Shown: one piece after another, positions 26,435 through 40,690 of the stretch | Numbering within the stretch: the stretch's first letter is position 1 | How the letters are laid out: every line of letters begins with the position of its first letter | DNA from: Octopus sinensis | Taxonomy: Eukaryota | Length of the DNA stretch: 64,000 nt | Assembly: GCF_006345805.1 (NCBI RefSeq) | Contig: NC_042998.1 | Coordinates: 53,568,001-53,632,000, forward strand | Reading direction: 5' to 3' | Notes under the pieces: generated by a model | Databases searched by the model: none | Seen by the model: only the letters and a program-made list of their open reading frames with translations | Told to the model about the DNA's origin: nothing | Position numbers and translations under genes: made by a program

Positions 26435-26875
26435 TACATATGCATGTATATATATATATATATATATATACATGCATACATATATACATATGTATGTGTG
26501 TATGAATGCATGAAGAGATAAGAGAGAGAGAGTGAGTGTGAGAGAAAGAAGAGAAAGTTACTTTTGTCTTTTTTTTTTTTTTGCAGCAGAGAATTATCAA
26601 TAAATATTTATTTTTGTCTCAAAATTTTTGAAGAATGCAAAGGATTTCCTATTTCCCATTGAATCGATATATAATAAGCAGAATGACAATTTTAATTTTT
26701 ACAGACATACTGGTTTATTAATTTCATGGAGACATGAATTCTATACATGAAGATAGATCATATAGCATTACCATATTTCACTGATAAATATAAGGGGAAA
26801 AATAAATGAAAAAATCTACAAAATATTGTAGATTACAATGATATATTATAGTTATACATATTTAAATACTACAAC
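25930..26875. repeat. Near-identical tandem duplication, period about 474 bp
   Basis: gaatgcatgaagag at 26030 and 26504; aatactacaac ending at 26401 and 26875. Confidence 0.9.
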
Positions 26876-26876
26876 A

Positions 26877-26911
<35 letters not shown>

Positions 26912-27949
26912 ATAAGTATGTATGTATGTATGTATGTATGAGTGTATGCATATATATATACACATATGTATGTGTGTGTAAGTATGTATATACATATATA
27001 TTACTATATACATATATATATATACGCACACTTAAAATTTATATGAATATGTATATCACCTAAAAGGATTTATTAGTATGTAAGTAATATTTAGTTATAG
27101 ATAATCAGTTTAAACTTGCAGACATACACATGTAGATATATACATACATATAAAAGTGTTATATACACAGTTAACTCCACATAGATATAAATATACATAC
27201 ACACATGAGCACATAGAGAAAAGAAATATAGATGAAGGAGAAACATTACAAAACAAAAAAGGAAGAGCAAAAGAGAGAGAGAGAAATAGGGATGTTGCAA
27301 CAGTAAAAGGGTAAAAGAAAGGGAGAGGGATAGAGATGTAGCTACAAAAAAAGAGAAGACGAGAGAGAGAGAGAGAGAGGGGGAAGGGGGAGACGTTGCT
27401 GTTGATAGAAAGACAAAGAGATGAGATACAGTTTGCCATCAGAGATAAATACAGGAATGCCTATCTGATGCAGAGCTGAGTGGTTAATGAATTATCTGTG
27501 AAATAAGCGAGCTATTTGTGTAGGTTGAATACTTTATTTGACTGGTAATCAACTATACAGTTGTTTCACAAACAATAACAGTTTATATGTTTTCATCCAT
27601 GATATCACACACACACACATGCACACAAGCAAATTCATGCATCATATCAACCATAGAACTATACTAACCATACATCAACACACACACATGCATACACACA
27701 CACACACACACACAAGTACTGGAGTTGATGAACTAAATCCCTTCCCTTAAAACTGTTGGCTGTGTACCTAAATCATAGCCATTATTATAACATTCTGAGT
27801 TCAAATGCTGCTGGGGTTGACTTTGCCTTTCAACCTTTTTGGGTCAATAAAATGAGTACCAGTAGAGTACCGATGAGTACCAGTGTCAGTGTAATAAACA
27901 ATCTACCTCCCCAAAATTTCAGACCTTGCGCCTATAGTAGAATAGATTA

Positions 27950-28210
27950 TTATGACTTGCCTGGACCACTGTAACATCTCAAATTTCTCATCAGCGTAGA
28001 TAGCAGTCTCCGTACTTTCAATCTGATATCCAGTGTTTTCTACAAGTTGATTGATGTATGATCTTGGCCTACCAATGTCTGTATGTCCATATACATGTGT
28101 TTTCAGAGAAGGAGATCACCAGATATTTCAGTCCTTGCTTCTCTAGCAGCACCCTGCATGAAATTTTCTTCTTTCTCCGATTTACAGAAGTGATGGTAAG
28201 AAAACTTCCA
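27950..28210 (-). mobile_element. RTE LINE 3' remnant
   Basis: Minus strand AGCC*RSKD...DLLL...HVYGHTDIGRPRSYINQLVENTG resembles the RTE C-terminus (AGHCWRS...GRPxxTYIDQL). Confidence 0.6.
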
Positions 28211-28271
28211 CACAGCCACTTCCTTGTAGGGTGTTTGCTACCAAAAAAGACTGAAGACTGCATGAACCATT

Positions 28272-28509
28272 CTCATGCTTGTACTCTTTTAATTGTTTCA
28301 GTCATTTGACTGTGACCATGCTGGAGCACTGCCTTTTAGTCGAGCAAATCGACCCCAGGACTTATTTATCTCTAAGCCTAGTACTTATTCTATCAGTCTC
28401 TTTTGCTGAACCGCTAAGTTACAGTAACGTAAACACACCAGCATTGGTTGTCAAGTGATGTTGGGGGGACATACACAAACACACAAAAATATACACACAC
28501 ATACATACA

Positions 28510-28543
<34 letters not shown>

Positions 28544-28549
28544 AATACA

Positions 28550-28588
<39 letters not shown>

Positions 28589-28892
28589 TGTGTACAGTGC
28601 TCAGGTGCACTACAACTCATCTAAAGTGTATATATAATCAGGTGTAGTTTCGGCAGATTTCGGAAAGCATGAGGGCCTTAAAGGATGCAGTGTCATGGCA
28701 GTCAACAACTGACGCAGGCAGTATATATATATATAGAATGGGTTTCTTTCAGTTGCCCTCTATGAAATCCACTCACAAGGCTTTGGTTTGCCCGAGGCTA
28801 TAGTAGAAGACACTTGCCCAACGTGCCACGCAGTGGGACTGAACCCGGAACTATGTGGTTTGTAAGCAAGCTACTTACCACACAGCCACTCA
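28272..28892 (-). mobile_element. SINE family B with an (AAT)n tract and a foreign insert (about 28590-28720)
   Basis: Reverse-complement consensus split by the insert. Confidence 0.75.
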
Positions 28893-29939
28893 ATCTCATT
28901 CAGTTTCCATGCTGAAGATCCATAGAGAAGTTCTGATTCAATGACTTGGGTGAACAGCTCTACTTCTCTATCATTTTCTTGATCCACTTTACTCTAAGTA
29001 TCTGTTCTTGTACTGCAAAAATAATTTTTTCAATCATTCTTTCTTTTAAACCTTTATCTCTTTTGTCTTTTTGTAAAATACTGAATAGAGTTTCTTTCTT
29101 TCAAAGTTTGATTCTCATTTTGAACCTTTTCCTGCTTTTTGATCTTCGGATTCTACTGACTCAATAAATGACCCTTTACTTATCCCCTTAGAAACTTCTT
29201 TCCATTCCAGATACAATATTAGATTTGTTTTCTCTATCTTTTCAACACACATAGATAACCACTGCTGCCACTACCACCACTACCATCACCATCATTATCA
29301 TTATCATTTTCATCATCATCATCATCATCATACTAATAACAATAATAAGATGGTGGAGTGATAGCATTGTTAGTACCGTGGATAAAATACCTTTCAGTAT
29401 TTAGTTATGTTCCTCTTTATGTTTGAAGTTCAAATTCCAGAAAAATGTGCAAACTTACACCAATGTTAGAAAGCATTATTTTCAATAGATTCAATCAATA
29501 AAGGATTAATATATATCTTCATGGTAGTAAGAAACCAAACAGTCGTTTTTGAGTCATGTTAACTACGTTATGGTTTTGTGTTCAAATGGCATTAGTCAAC
29601 TCATTCACTCTGGTATTGACAAAGTAAATGCTAGTTAAACATGAGGATTAGTTTAGTTAATTATGGCTTCTTCCTTTTGCAAATAATCTTCGTGATTAAG
29701 CAAAAGAAATTTTAATCGTGTTTTCATTCTCTGTATGTTGTAGAGATTATGTTTGTTTGTTTCATTAAATCAACATTCCTGAGTTTCTTGTTATCAATTG
29801 TATGTCATTTTTATGGCATACAATCGAACATTATCGTATTCATCTTTTCATATCACATGGACAAACGGAAATGTTATATGAATTAATAATAACAGAAAAG
29901 ATGGGAAGCTATGGAAAAAGTTTGTTTGAATGCTATAGA

Positions 29940-29972
<33 letters not shown>

Positions 29973-30002
29973 TATATATACATACATACATACATACATA
30001 TA

Positions 30003-30050
<48 letters not shown>

Positions 30051-31496
30051 TTTGTTAGTGCAACAAATATGGTGACATCATTTTGCTTAGGAGGATATTC
30101 CTAAGTCAAATCTTGAATAAACTTCTTAAGAGGAAAAGGAACATATCAAAGAAAATGTAAAGATTATTTAACCTATTGTGAGATATGGATGCTGAAGAAC
30201 AGAAAAACAAAAATGTCATGGCAGAAAGCGATAAAAGAAACAGCAATATCAGGATTACTTAAACTTATTGTGTACATGATCTTATGTGCTTGCAAGAATT
30301 CAATAAATTATTGGTTTACACAAGAAACTCACTTCAATTCTTTGAAGTCAGTCAGAGATAATGTAACCTCGCAACATACTTGGTGAAACCCGTTTCAAAG
30401 AAGAATCTGCTGGGCTACATGAATATGTTCTTTTCTTCAACCAAAAAAGACTGAGGTAGTTTAATTTTATTTATTATTTTTTTTTTGCTTTATTTTTTAT
30501 TTTCCCTACTGTATTTTGTTTGTTTTGTTATTGTTACTGTTTTTGTTTCGCTCCTTTTTTTCTTGTTTTTTTTAGGTTTGTTTGGTTAAAAACAACTTCA
30601 GGTATCAAGCCAGATGATTTAATGGGAAGTTGAGTTTGCAGAATCCCCATGAAAAGATTTGTTTAGGAATTGTTTCCATAACCAAGGGGAATCAACTGGA
30701 GTATGTTGGAAAGAACAAAGAGCAAAGAAGGAAGCATATATAACAAATGGCTATATATATATACATATATATATATATACACACATATATATATATACAT
30801 ACATACATACATATATATATGTATGTATATGTATGTATATGTATGTATATATATATATATATATTATATATATATATATACATACATGCATATATATATG
30901 TATGTATGTATGTATGATACACATACACAAATGCACTCATGTGTATGTATAGGAGTCTACATTTACACACACACATATGCATATATAAACTTACACAGCT
31001 TATCTACTGATTTTATCCTAAATATATCTGCTAGACAGATGTAAATACTATTTTTATATGCAATATCTTTGTGAGCAGAAAACTCATTGTTGCTGATAGA
31101 ATCATTAATGCATCAGAAAAAGAGTCTCTTTTCTTTTTTTTGATATTTATTCCAACTCTTTACATTCTAGGTTCAAAACCTACCAAAGTCAGCATGGTTT
31201 ATTTTTTTTTATCCCTTTGGGGTTGATAAAATAATGCATGTCAAGTACTTGGTCAAGAATATCAACTAACCCCTTCCCACAAAACTGGTAGCCTTGTGCC
31301 TAAATCAGAAACCATTATCGTCATTATCATTAGTGTTAGTGAGGACTGGAGGAGTACAGATTCTTCAGTTTGGTGTACAATGCCAGTTTGTTTTGTTATG
31401 GAGTTTTTACTATTATTATTATTATTATTGAGTGAGAGAGCAGTGCATGCCATCAAAGTGACACTGGGGTAAAATATATGAAGCCTATTATTATTA

Positions 31497-31537
<41 letters not shown>

Positions 31538-31538
<1 letters not shown>

Positions 31539-31930
31539 GGAGTGGCTGTGTGGTAAGTAGCTTGCTTACCAACCACATGGTTCCGGGTCCAGTCCCACTG
31601 CGTGGCACCTTGGGCAAGTGTCTTCTACTATATCCTCGGGCCGACCAAAGCCTTGTGAGTGAATGTGGTAGACATAAACTGAAAGAAGCCCGTCGTATAT
31701 ATGTGTGTGTGTATATGTTGTGTATCTGTGTTTGTCCCCCCATCACTGCTTGAAAACTGCTTCTGGTGTGTTTACGTCCCCGTAACTTAGTGATTCGGCA
31801 AAAGAGACCGATAGAATAAGTACTAGTCTTACAAAGAATAAGTCCTGGAGTCGATTTGATTTGACTAAAGGCGGTGCTCCAGCATGGCGGTAGTCAAATG
31901 ACTGAAGCAAGTAAAAGAATAACGGAATAA
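31538..31930 (+). mobile_element. SINE family B (young)
   Basis: Near-consensus copy with CpGs retained. Confidence 0.9.
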
Positions 31931-31964
31931 AAGAATGAAAGAGTAGTAGGAGTAGTAGTAGTAA

Positions 31965-32180
31965 AGCAGTGAGCTGGCAGAATCGTTAGCATGCTGGGCA
32001 AATTGCTTAGTGGTATTTCGTCTCTGTATTCTGAATTTGAATTCTGCCAAGGGCGACTTTGTCTTTCATTATTTTGGGTTCAGTAAAATAAGTACCAGTT
32101 TTGATCAATGGGGGTCAATCTAATCAATTTACTCCACTTCCCCAAAATCGCAGGTCTTGTGCCAAAATTTGAAACCATTA
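31965..32180 (+). mobile_element. SINE family A
   Basis: Consensus motifs. Confidence 0.75.
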
Positions 32181-32234
32181 TTGTTATTATCATAATTCCT
32201 TCGTATTCCTTCATAAAGGAGAGTAGGTAAAAAT

Positions 32235-32500
32235 GCACTGGAGTCTTTAGTCACCTGTCAAGTCACAACAAGGAACCTTAGATAGATAATACTTTCCTTA
32301 AGATGTGCACTGTACCCCATAAGGCTGCTTTTTGCAAAACATCAATCTTGCATGGGATTTCCAGTTGCCTTAAGAAGTCTTAAAGTTTCAATGTGATTGA
32401 GCCCAACACTCCGATCACCACTGGTATCACTTTTACATTACCCTCTCACATTCCATACAGTCTTGCCATTTCCACTTTCGATTTGGAGCACTTGGTGATA
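32235..32500 (-). mobile_element. R4/Dong-like (restriction-like endonuclease) LINE 3' end
   Basis: Minus strand NVKVIPVVIGVLGSI..KL*DFLRQLEIP...VLQKAALWGTVHILRKVLSI*, the characteristic RLE C-terminus. Confidence 0.75.
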
Positions 32501-32667
32501 TTTTCAGCCTCTTTACTCACAACACTAGTTGAATACCAGACCAGGGTTGATGTAATCAACTTGATCTCTCTGTCCCAAAACTGTTGGCCTTGTGCCAAAA
32601 TTAGAAACCAAATATTCATTCAAAAGTGGAGCAGGTAGATGTTTCTAGAAAACAATGATAAATAAAT

Positions 32668-32880
32668 CAGGCGGTGAGCTGGGAGGATCATTAGCATGCT
32701 GGGTAAAATGCCTAGCAGCATTTCATTTTTTACATTTTGACTTCAAATTCTGCTGAGATCATCTTTGCCTTTTATCCCTTTGGGGTCAAGAAAATAAGTA
32801 GCAATTGAACCCTGAAGATGACATAATCAACTTGCTCCCTTCCCTGAAATTGCTGGCCTTGTACTAGAATGAGAAACTGA
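32668..32880 (+). mobile_element. SINE family A
   Basis: Consensus motifs, diverged. Confidence 0.7.
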
Positions 32881-34634
32881 TAATAAATTAATCAGAACAG
32901 AGTGAGATGTATATTAATATGGAATTCTGAACTGAACACTACTACTATAGCCATTGATGATAATTTGGCAGCATGCATCATGTTTACATCATTATTATTA
33001 GATGCCCATGTAATCACAAAGAAACATAGTTATCCTCTATGTTCTCTCACATTTGATCCAGTGGAACATTCACAATGTGACAGCTGGAAGAAGACAGGGA
33101 CGCACTAACACTCAGTCGGTACTTCATTGACTTCAAAAGAACAAAAGTTAACCTCAGCAACATTTGAACTTAAAGTGCAATGAGTCAGAACGAATATTGC
33201 GGTGCATTTTATCTGATCTTCTAAAGATCCTGCCAACTGACTGCTTTGGAGAAGAATAAGAAGAAATAAGAAGCAAATGAGAGCAGAGTTTGGTGCAGTT
33301 CTCTGACTTGCCGTTTCCTGTTGAACTACCCAACCCATGCCAGCATGGAAATTAGACATTAAATGGTAAGGACAATGACGTTTCTCCTAAACAAACGAAG
33401 GATAAACTGGATTAAAGTCTATAAACAATCTGTATATTGAGGGATAAATGCAGAAATTATTCAGTTCTACTGGTGAAAACAACAACAATTAAAATACTAA
33501 CATTTTGCAATGAAAATATTATATATAATTTAGCAAGAATTAACTGCAATTATTTAAGAAAAAGAATAAGAAAAGAACATCATGAAATTTTGTTTATCCA
33601 GAAAATAGAAAGTTTTTAATTTCCTCAAATAAAAGAACTGGAAAGTATAAAAGGAAGGGAAGTATTATTTCAGAAAATTGATTTCCATTGATTTTTTGCT
33701 TCTCAAAAGAAGGGTTATGCTCAAATTCTTTATTTTTTCTTTATTTCTTTATTATTTTTCAAACTAGGTTATTTGTGGGTAGTTTATTTTGTATTAAGAG
33801 CAGCAGTTAGGTAACTAACAAGTCTTGTTCTACATCAAATTTTATTTCTATGTTATATAATGATTTGGATATGTTTAGAGAAAAATTGAGCTGTGCTGTA
33901 CTCTTTGACTCTGTCTTTGGTTAATGGTGTATTCCTCTCGACAACCACAAAAAAAAAAATGATTGAGATAAAAGAAAATAAAAAATGTTCGCTATTGACT
34001 ATTTTGATGTATGGTTTTCAATTAATGATTCTGAAAAGTTTTAAGGAATAATTAGCCAAGTCTCAAATTATAAAATTAGAAAATTTGTCCATCTGGTGTG
34101 CAATTTCAGAAATTAAAAACAGAAAAGATTTTTTTGATTTTTTTTCGCTTTATAATTTTTGAGTTATTTTTATTTTTTAATTTACAGCTTTTATTTTTAT
34201 TTTTAGAAAAATATAAAACTTGAGTATGTTTAAAAATAGAAGTTTTTTTAGTACCATAGAATATTCAAAGAACAAGAAGCTACAAGATATTTAGCTTACA
34301 TTTAAATTATGTATCACAAACCATTTTCTTGTAATTTAACCATAACAAATAGAATTTTCTAGACAACACTTTTAAAATGTTCACAAGTTAAGAAAATTTA
34401 ATTATCTGATAAGAAATTTATTGGGTGTTGAAAATAAAATTACTAAAGTAATTTTATGATCTTGATATGTGAAAAAGAGCAGAATTGATACATTTACACA
34501 CAGAGTGCTAATACACCACCAGTCACTTTTCAATCAACAAAACCACACAACATAACCAATGTCCCTTCTATGAGTCAATGGCCTTTCTATGATTCAACAA
34601 AGCAACTGAATTATCCCTCAAATTATACTATTCC

Positions 34635-34930
34635 GTGGAGGCGCAATGGCCTAGAGGTTAGGGCAGCGGACTCGCGGCCGTAAGATCCCGGTTTCGATTC
34701 CCAGATCGGGTGTTGTGAGTGTTTATTGAGCAAAAACACCTAAAGGCTCCGGCAGGGGGTGGTGGTGATCCCTGCTGTACTCTTTTGCAACAACTTTCTC
34801 TCACTCTTTCTTCTATTGGCCTGCTTGCATAACCAGCGGGGTGGTGTCATTTGAAGGCTAAAACAATGTCAAGCGCATTGTGACCAGCAACATATAGCAA
34901 CATCAGATAGACTGGTCGGTCATGGTGATC
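34635..34930 (+). mobile_element. SINE family C
   Basis: gtggaggcgcaatggcctagaggttagggcagcggactcgcgg...ggtttcgattccc tRNA-like head. Confidence 0.85.
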
Positions 34931-35299
34931 ATGGTGATTATACTATTCCATTTTAATAAAATTATGCAAATACCTAATGCAGCCATAGAAAATGCCAGGA
35001 TGGGGATGGTTGGAATGCTGTTGATAGGCATGCTTAGTCAGGGCTGACCTATCTTTCTGTTATCTTTTACTTGTTTCAGTCATTAGACTATGGCTAGGCT
35101 ATACTGGGGTACTACTTTGAAGAATTTTTAGTTAAATTAATTGACACCAGTGCTTATTTTTTTGTTAAGCCTGGTACTTACAGCCTTGTTCTATGAATTA
35201 ATTGTACCATGTTTCTTTATCGAATGTTATATTACAGCCTTCTGAACAGAGTCATCATTAGATGGCTTCACAACCTGAGAACACCACCATCTAAAGAGC

Positions 35300-35870
35300 T
35301 AAAAATATCAAAGAAAGGCTTTTCATTAATATTAACTTTAGCCCCAAATGACAGTTCCAATGCTTATGGAAGCAAATTGGTTCTATAGACTGCTGACCAC
35401 TCCACTTTGATAATTGCACAGATGCATTAGTCCAGTGGATGTTGACCAGCAAAGCTAGTAAGTCAAATGATCACAAGGTTCTCCCATATCTTGCAAAACA
35501 TGAACTGCCCTCTTCTCATGGCATAAGAGTTGTACCTTAAATCCTTGTTTGCCTTATTTTCTGAAACCTTGAACTGCTTGATGATGGCTCTCATCAGTTC
35601 ACTCTTATTGTTACAGTTTTGGACCTGCTACATGAACTCAGCCATTCTGGGGATGTCTGGTCATTGAGAATGTTTCTTTCTCTTGGCTACTGATGACATG
35701 TTTTCTACAATGACCAAAGACCAGTTTTCTACTGACCTTAAACACAAAGGACTAAGCTACGTTCAAGAAGAATCTGAGCCATTGTGGTCGGTGGCTAGAG
35801 CTATTAACATGGCTGTTTCTAGGTCAAACTGAAATCAACCATGTTCATACTGTTGAAATGTTCAAAGAAA
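35300..35870 (-). mobile_element. Decayed Tc1/mariner (maT-like) transposase N-terminal half
   Basis: Minus-strand fragments RSFVFKV.RK, KRKKHSQ, EFM*QVQ, MRAI.KQFKVSE, DLRYNSYAMRRGQFM resemble the HTH region of DD37D transposases. Confidence 0.55.
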
Positions 35871-35994
35871 TAAATCTAAATTTGACATGTGAAACATAAC
35901 ATTCACAACATTAAGTTAGGTTATCATCAGTTTTTGGTTCACTAAAGTTTGTCTTGTGAACTATGAAATATATCCAAGAAATTTTTGTTAACTG

Positions 35995-36195
35995 TAAGTA
36001 CAAGGCCTGGAATTTGGGGGAGGGAAGTATGTGATTACAATGACTTCAGTGCTCAGCTAATACTTATTTTATTGACCCTTGAAAGGATGACAGGCAAAGT
36101 CAATCTTGATAGAATTTGAACTCAGAAAAGGAAGCAGGAAGAAATGCCACAAATCATTCTGTCTGGCATGAAAATGATTTTACCAGCTTGCTGCC
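35995..36195 (-). mobile_element. SINE family A (reverse)
   Basis: Reverse-complement consensus. Confidence 0.7.
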
Positions 36196-37069
36196 TTTGA
36201 TGCATCCAAGAATGAAACACAACAATGATTATGATAGTGTTTTGCGATGAAACTGATCTAAATGTAGGATATATGTAAATATATATTGAGAAACTTTTCA
36301 TCTCTGAAAATGAGATTAATAGCCAAAAAATTATAATCTTTAAAACCATTATATTCTAATATATGCAAGTGGCAAGTGAGCAGATTAAATGTATTTTATA
36401 ACAAGATGTAACAATCAAAGGGACATTACGATAACAAAATTGAGCATCAATAACCTTTCAAATAAGCCCTGAGATAACTTCTTTGTTTGCCAGACCAGTT
36501 TGGTTATTGTAACTAGAAATGACAGGACCACAAGCTTATTAGTATTCAGAAGCTTAAATGAAATGGTTCATTGCAAAATGATTTTGTAAAATCAATATAT
36601 ACTTAATCTTACCATTCAAGAAAAATTAAATGCATTACTTGTTTCAGTTTTAGCATGATCTATGAAAACATATCTAGAGAGAGACGGCAAATACATGTAA
36701 AGAGCATTACCACTGCAGAATATGACAAGTATTTAGTGACTTAAAAATAAAACTAAGCAAAATGTAGCCAGTTAATAAAAGACACATTGGCTGTTAAAGT
36801 AAGTGCATGTTAGGTCATGTCTAAGGCGCATTTGGAATTGAAGAAACACAAAGAGCTACTTATGTTAAATAGCATCAACAATATAGTGATAGATTTAAGA
36901 GATAACTCACAGTACCTATACATTTTATAGCAAGAATTCTCATTTCACTGGACAGAAAAGTATCATGGATATACTTTGTGTAACCTCCATATCAAATAAA
37001 TTAAAAGCAAGAGTAAAAAGACAGATATACTGTTCCATTTTATGTGCCTTAACAACTGACCTGTTATAT

Positions 37070-37285
37070 TTTCTGCTGGCAGAATCATTAGCATGCCAGA
37101 TGAAATGCTTAGCAGTATTTTGTCTGCTGCTACATTCTGAGTTCAAATTCCACCGAGGTTGACTTTGCCTTTCATCCTTTTCGGGGTCGATTAATAAGTA
37201 CCAGTTACACACTGGGGTCGATATAATTGACTTAATCCCTTGTTTGTCCTCTCTATGTTTAACCTCCTGTGGGCAATAAAGAAAT
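37070..37285 (+). mobile_element. SINE family A
   Basis: Near-consensus copy. Confidence 0.85.
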
Positions 37286-38394
37286 TTTTAAAATATTTAC
37301 TGAGAAATGACAGAAAGCTGAAAAGAAACTCTGAGGATGGAAAGTCAAAGGTAATGTGAAATTGCAGTTCTGCTCTGCCGTCCCGGTGAAGCCACACCAT
37401 CAGCTACACAAGTACATCAACATGCTTTATCATGTCAACTCTATAGAAACTGTTTCAACACCAACGTGGGATGGTTCACAAGATTTTACATCCTCATGGT
37501 GCGGACTGGGCAGCATTCTGTCTTTGGTCTGAATGGCTACAAACTCCAATACAATGCACTCGTTCTCCAATTTCCAGCTCATTAGTAACTGTTGTTATAG
37601 GCTGGGGGATAACTCTAAGTAAACTCTGCTAACAAGATTCATGCTGGTTATTTTCAGTACATATATACTTGTATCCTACTCACTTTTACCGTCATTACAA
37701 CTTCAAAATTATCTGTCTGCCTTTCAACGTGGCATCTTTTCACAGTGAACTGCTACAAATTCAAAGCAGTATTCATGAACTGAAGTCAAACTCTTCATGT
37801 CTTCATTTTTTATTACCTGAAGTCAATTTCAGCATGTAGCAAATATATTCCTTTAACTCTTCTTCAAGTAGGTATTATATTGCCATTTTTGAACGTACAA
37901 ATCATACTTTTCTCTGAAAAAATAGTTCCCTTTGCTGTTGAATAAAATAAACGTGCAGAGAGAAGGTTTCAGTGTCTTCCTTCAATTTCCTTACACCATT
38001 TATGGGCCTTTTTCTGACAAGAAATTTTTCTATCATGTAAAATAGCTATATTTTGTAGTCATTATCTGTAATCTACTCCCAAAACACTTCAGCAGCTCTA
38101 CTTTGCATTGCTTGCAAACTTATATGTTCTATGATCATTAAAATGCAACAACCACCACAATAACCAGTCTTCAACTTGATTTTCCATTCCTAGGTTAATT
38201 GGAAATATAGATTGCTGTGCTACTCATAAAGCTTCTTGGTTGTTCAATTATTTGGTGAAAAAATACCACCAAAGCAATTTAAACCTTCCTAAGGACGGGT
38301 GCATTTGCTAGTATATATAGTAAATATATAAATATACATATATATATGTGGGGGGTGTAAATATATAAATATATGTATATGTGTGTGTGAGAGA

Positions 38395-38620
38395 GTGACT
38401 TTATGTCTGTATTTGTCTCACTCACCCAATGATTGACAACCAGTGTTGGTTTGTTTACATCCCCATAGCTTAACAGTTTGGTAAAAGAATGCAATATAAT
38501 AAGTAGCAGTCTTAAATAAAAAGTCCTGGGGTCAATTTGTTTGACTACAACCTCTTTAAGTCAGTGCCCCAGCATGGCCACAGTCTAATGACTAAAGCAA
38601 GTAAAAGAATAAAGAATAAA
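38395..38620 (+). mobile_element. SINE family B, 3' half
   Basis: tgacaaccagtgttggtttgtttacatcccc...cagcatggccacagtc...gtaaaagaat. Confidence 0.7.
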
Positions 38621-39120
38621 AGATAGAGATTATATGATGTACTTTAGTTCATTAAATTCAAGTTTGCTTCAGGAATGCCAAAAAATTAATTAACATAGAC
38701 ATTTAGTAAGACAATTCGCTCCTTTTCTATAGACATGAACAGCCGATGAACAAAGAATCTCAGCTTTTGATTTTTCCATAATGGAACCTTTCATTAAGCA
38801 ATACATGATGTCTATATAAAAATAAACACAATGAAAATATAAATAAACCCAGATATCATTAGCTATTTACAATGAATTTCTAAACAAGGCAAACAAAGAT
38901 TGTACAAATGAATATCAAATGACAAATAAGCTGATATTACATTCTATTGATGCTGTATTACATAATTAATGTTATAACATTATAATTACATTGTATGAAG
39001 AGAAATAATATCATTGATATCTTACTATTCAATTTGTAGAAGTATAAATTAAATGATATTTCCTGTTAATATTATTTCCATAACATACCTCATACTTATA
39101 GATATATATATATATATTTA

Positions 39121-39852
39121 CAAGGTGTCCCAAAAGTCACTGGTGGGTTTCAATTTTTAATAACCTCCTTAACTTTACAAATAAATGCATGAAATTTTGA
39201 TACACTATAAAGGACATAATGGACATTTATATGCACAAGTCAAATTTTGTAACACCACTGCATCAGATATGAAAACTGACATCGCTTAATTGGCAGCCAT
39301 TTTTGGCTTCACACACCCATGCTCTTTCCAAAACTTGCACCATAACACCTTCTCTTCCAGGCATCCACACAAGAAAAAATCCGGGGAACATGAAGGCCAG
39401 TTGACATTGCTGTAGCAGAAGATTATTCTCTTTCCAACGTACTGCTATATCAATTGCATTGTTTCTCTTGTGGTATGAGAAATTGCCCCATCTTTCTGGA
39501 ACCAAAAGGGTCTCAGTCACGGATACTTGAAAGAGAGGGTTTATGTCAACAAACCGCAGACCATGATACAACTGAAGGAGAACATCAACAGAGAAATCAG
39601 AGAAGTGGGGTCTGAAACTCATGAGAGTGTTATGGTGCAAGTTTTGGAAAGAGCACAGGTGTGCAAAGCCAAAAATGGCTGCCATTTAAGCAATGTCAGT
39701 TTTCATACGTGATGTAGTGGGGTTGCAAAATTTCACTTGTGCATATTAATTTCCATTATGTCCTTTATATTGAATCAAAATTTCATACATTTATTTGAAA
39801 GTTAAGGAAGTTGTTAAAATTGAAACCCATCAGTGACTCTTAGGACAACCTA
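39121..39852. mobile_element. Non-autonomous Tc1/mariner (probably DD41D-type) element formed from two inverted 3' ends
   Basis: TA-flanked inverted repeats of about 230 bp (caaggtgtcccaaaagtcactg); minus strand WFQKDGAISH...NWPSCSPDFF; plus strand GYLKERVYVNKPQT...CHLSNVSFHT*. Confidence 0.85.
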
Positions 39853-39884
39853 TACATAGGTAAGAGGTATATACATAATCATCA

Positions 39885-40160
39885 TCATCATCATTTAACA
39901 TTCGGTTTCCATGCTGACATGGGTTGGATGGTTTGACAGGAGCAGGTAAGGCCGGGGGTCTATAACAGACCCCATTGTCTCTACGTTTCTACAGTTGGAA
40001 GCCCTTCCTAATACAAAACACTTTACAGAGTGTACTGGGTGCTTTTTATGGGGAATTAGCAGCAGCAACTTGCAAGATACCCCCCACCCACCTACCACAG
40101 CTGAGTAGAGAACAACATTGAGGGAGGTGGCTTTGTACCAGGTAATGAGAGGTCAGAGTA
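39885..40160 (-). mobile_element. RTE 3' UTR fragment (reverse)
   Basis: catcatcatttaacattcggtttccatgc...gcccttcctaat...gggtgcttttt. Confidence 0.7.
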
Positions 40161-40184
40161 ATAATAATAATAATAATAATAATA

Positions 40185-40624
40185 CAAATATTCTGCTTAA
40201 TACCACAGATTTACTTGTCAGTTGTTTGACCATACCCAGTTGAGCATGTCCCTTGGTGGCTGACGATATGTGCATCTCTGATCATGAGCAGAAGTAGATG
40301 GAGAGCATCATAGTCATGTGTTGAGAGGAGTTCTTTGGAGTTTGGATAATTCACATTTGGAAACATGGGTATTTCATTCAACGTCCTTAAACAACCATTA
40401 TTCAGGGACCTTTTGTGTGGGATGGGCTACTCAATATGAAGAAAATTCTAACTGGGTCCCACCTGCAAGGTCATGCACTGTTTATCTTGATCTGTGATCA
40501 TGATGTCACGTACATATGGTTGTGATGCATGTGCCTTATCAGATGGGCAGTCATGATGGGTATATTGGGCTTCGTATATTTGTAGCCTACTCTCACTTTG
40601 ATGGCATGCACTGCTCTCTCACTC

Positions 40625-40688
<64 letters not shown>

Positions 40689-40690
40689 TA
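40185..40690 (+). mobile_element. Retroposed element family D with (AAT)n tail
   Basis: Ends ttgatggcatgcactgctctctcactc(AAT)n; its terminal segment recurs inverted at about 31405-31480. Confidence 0.6.
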
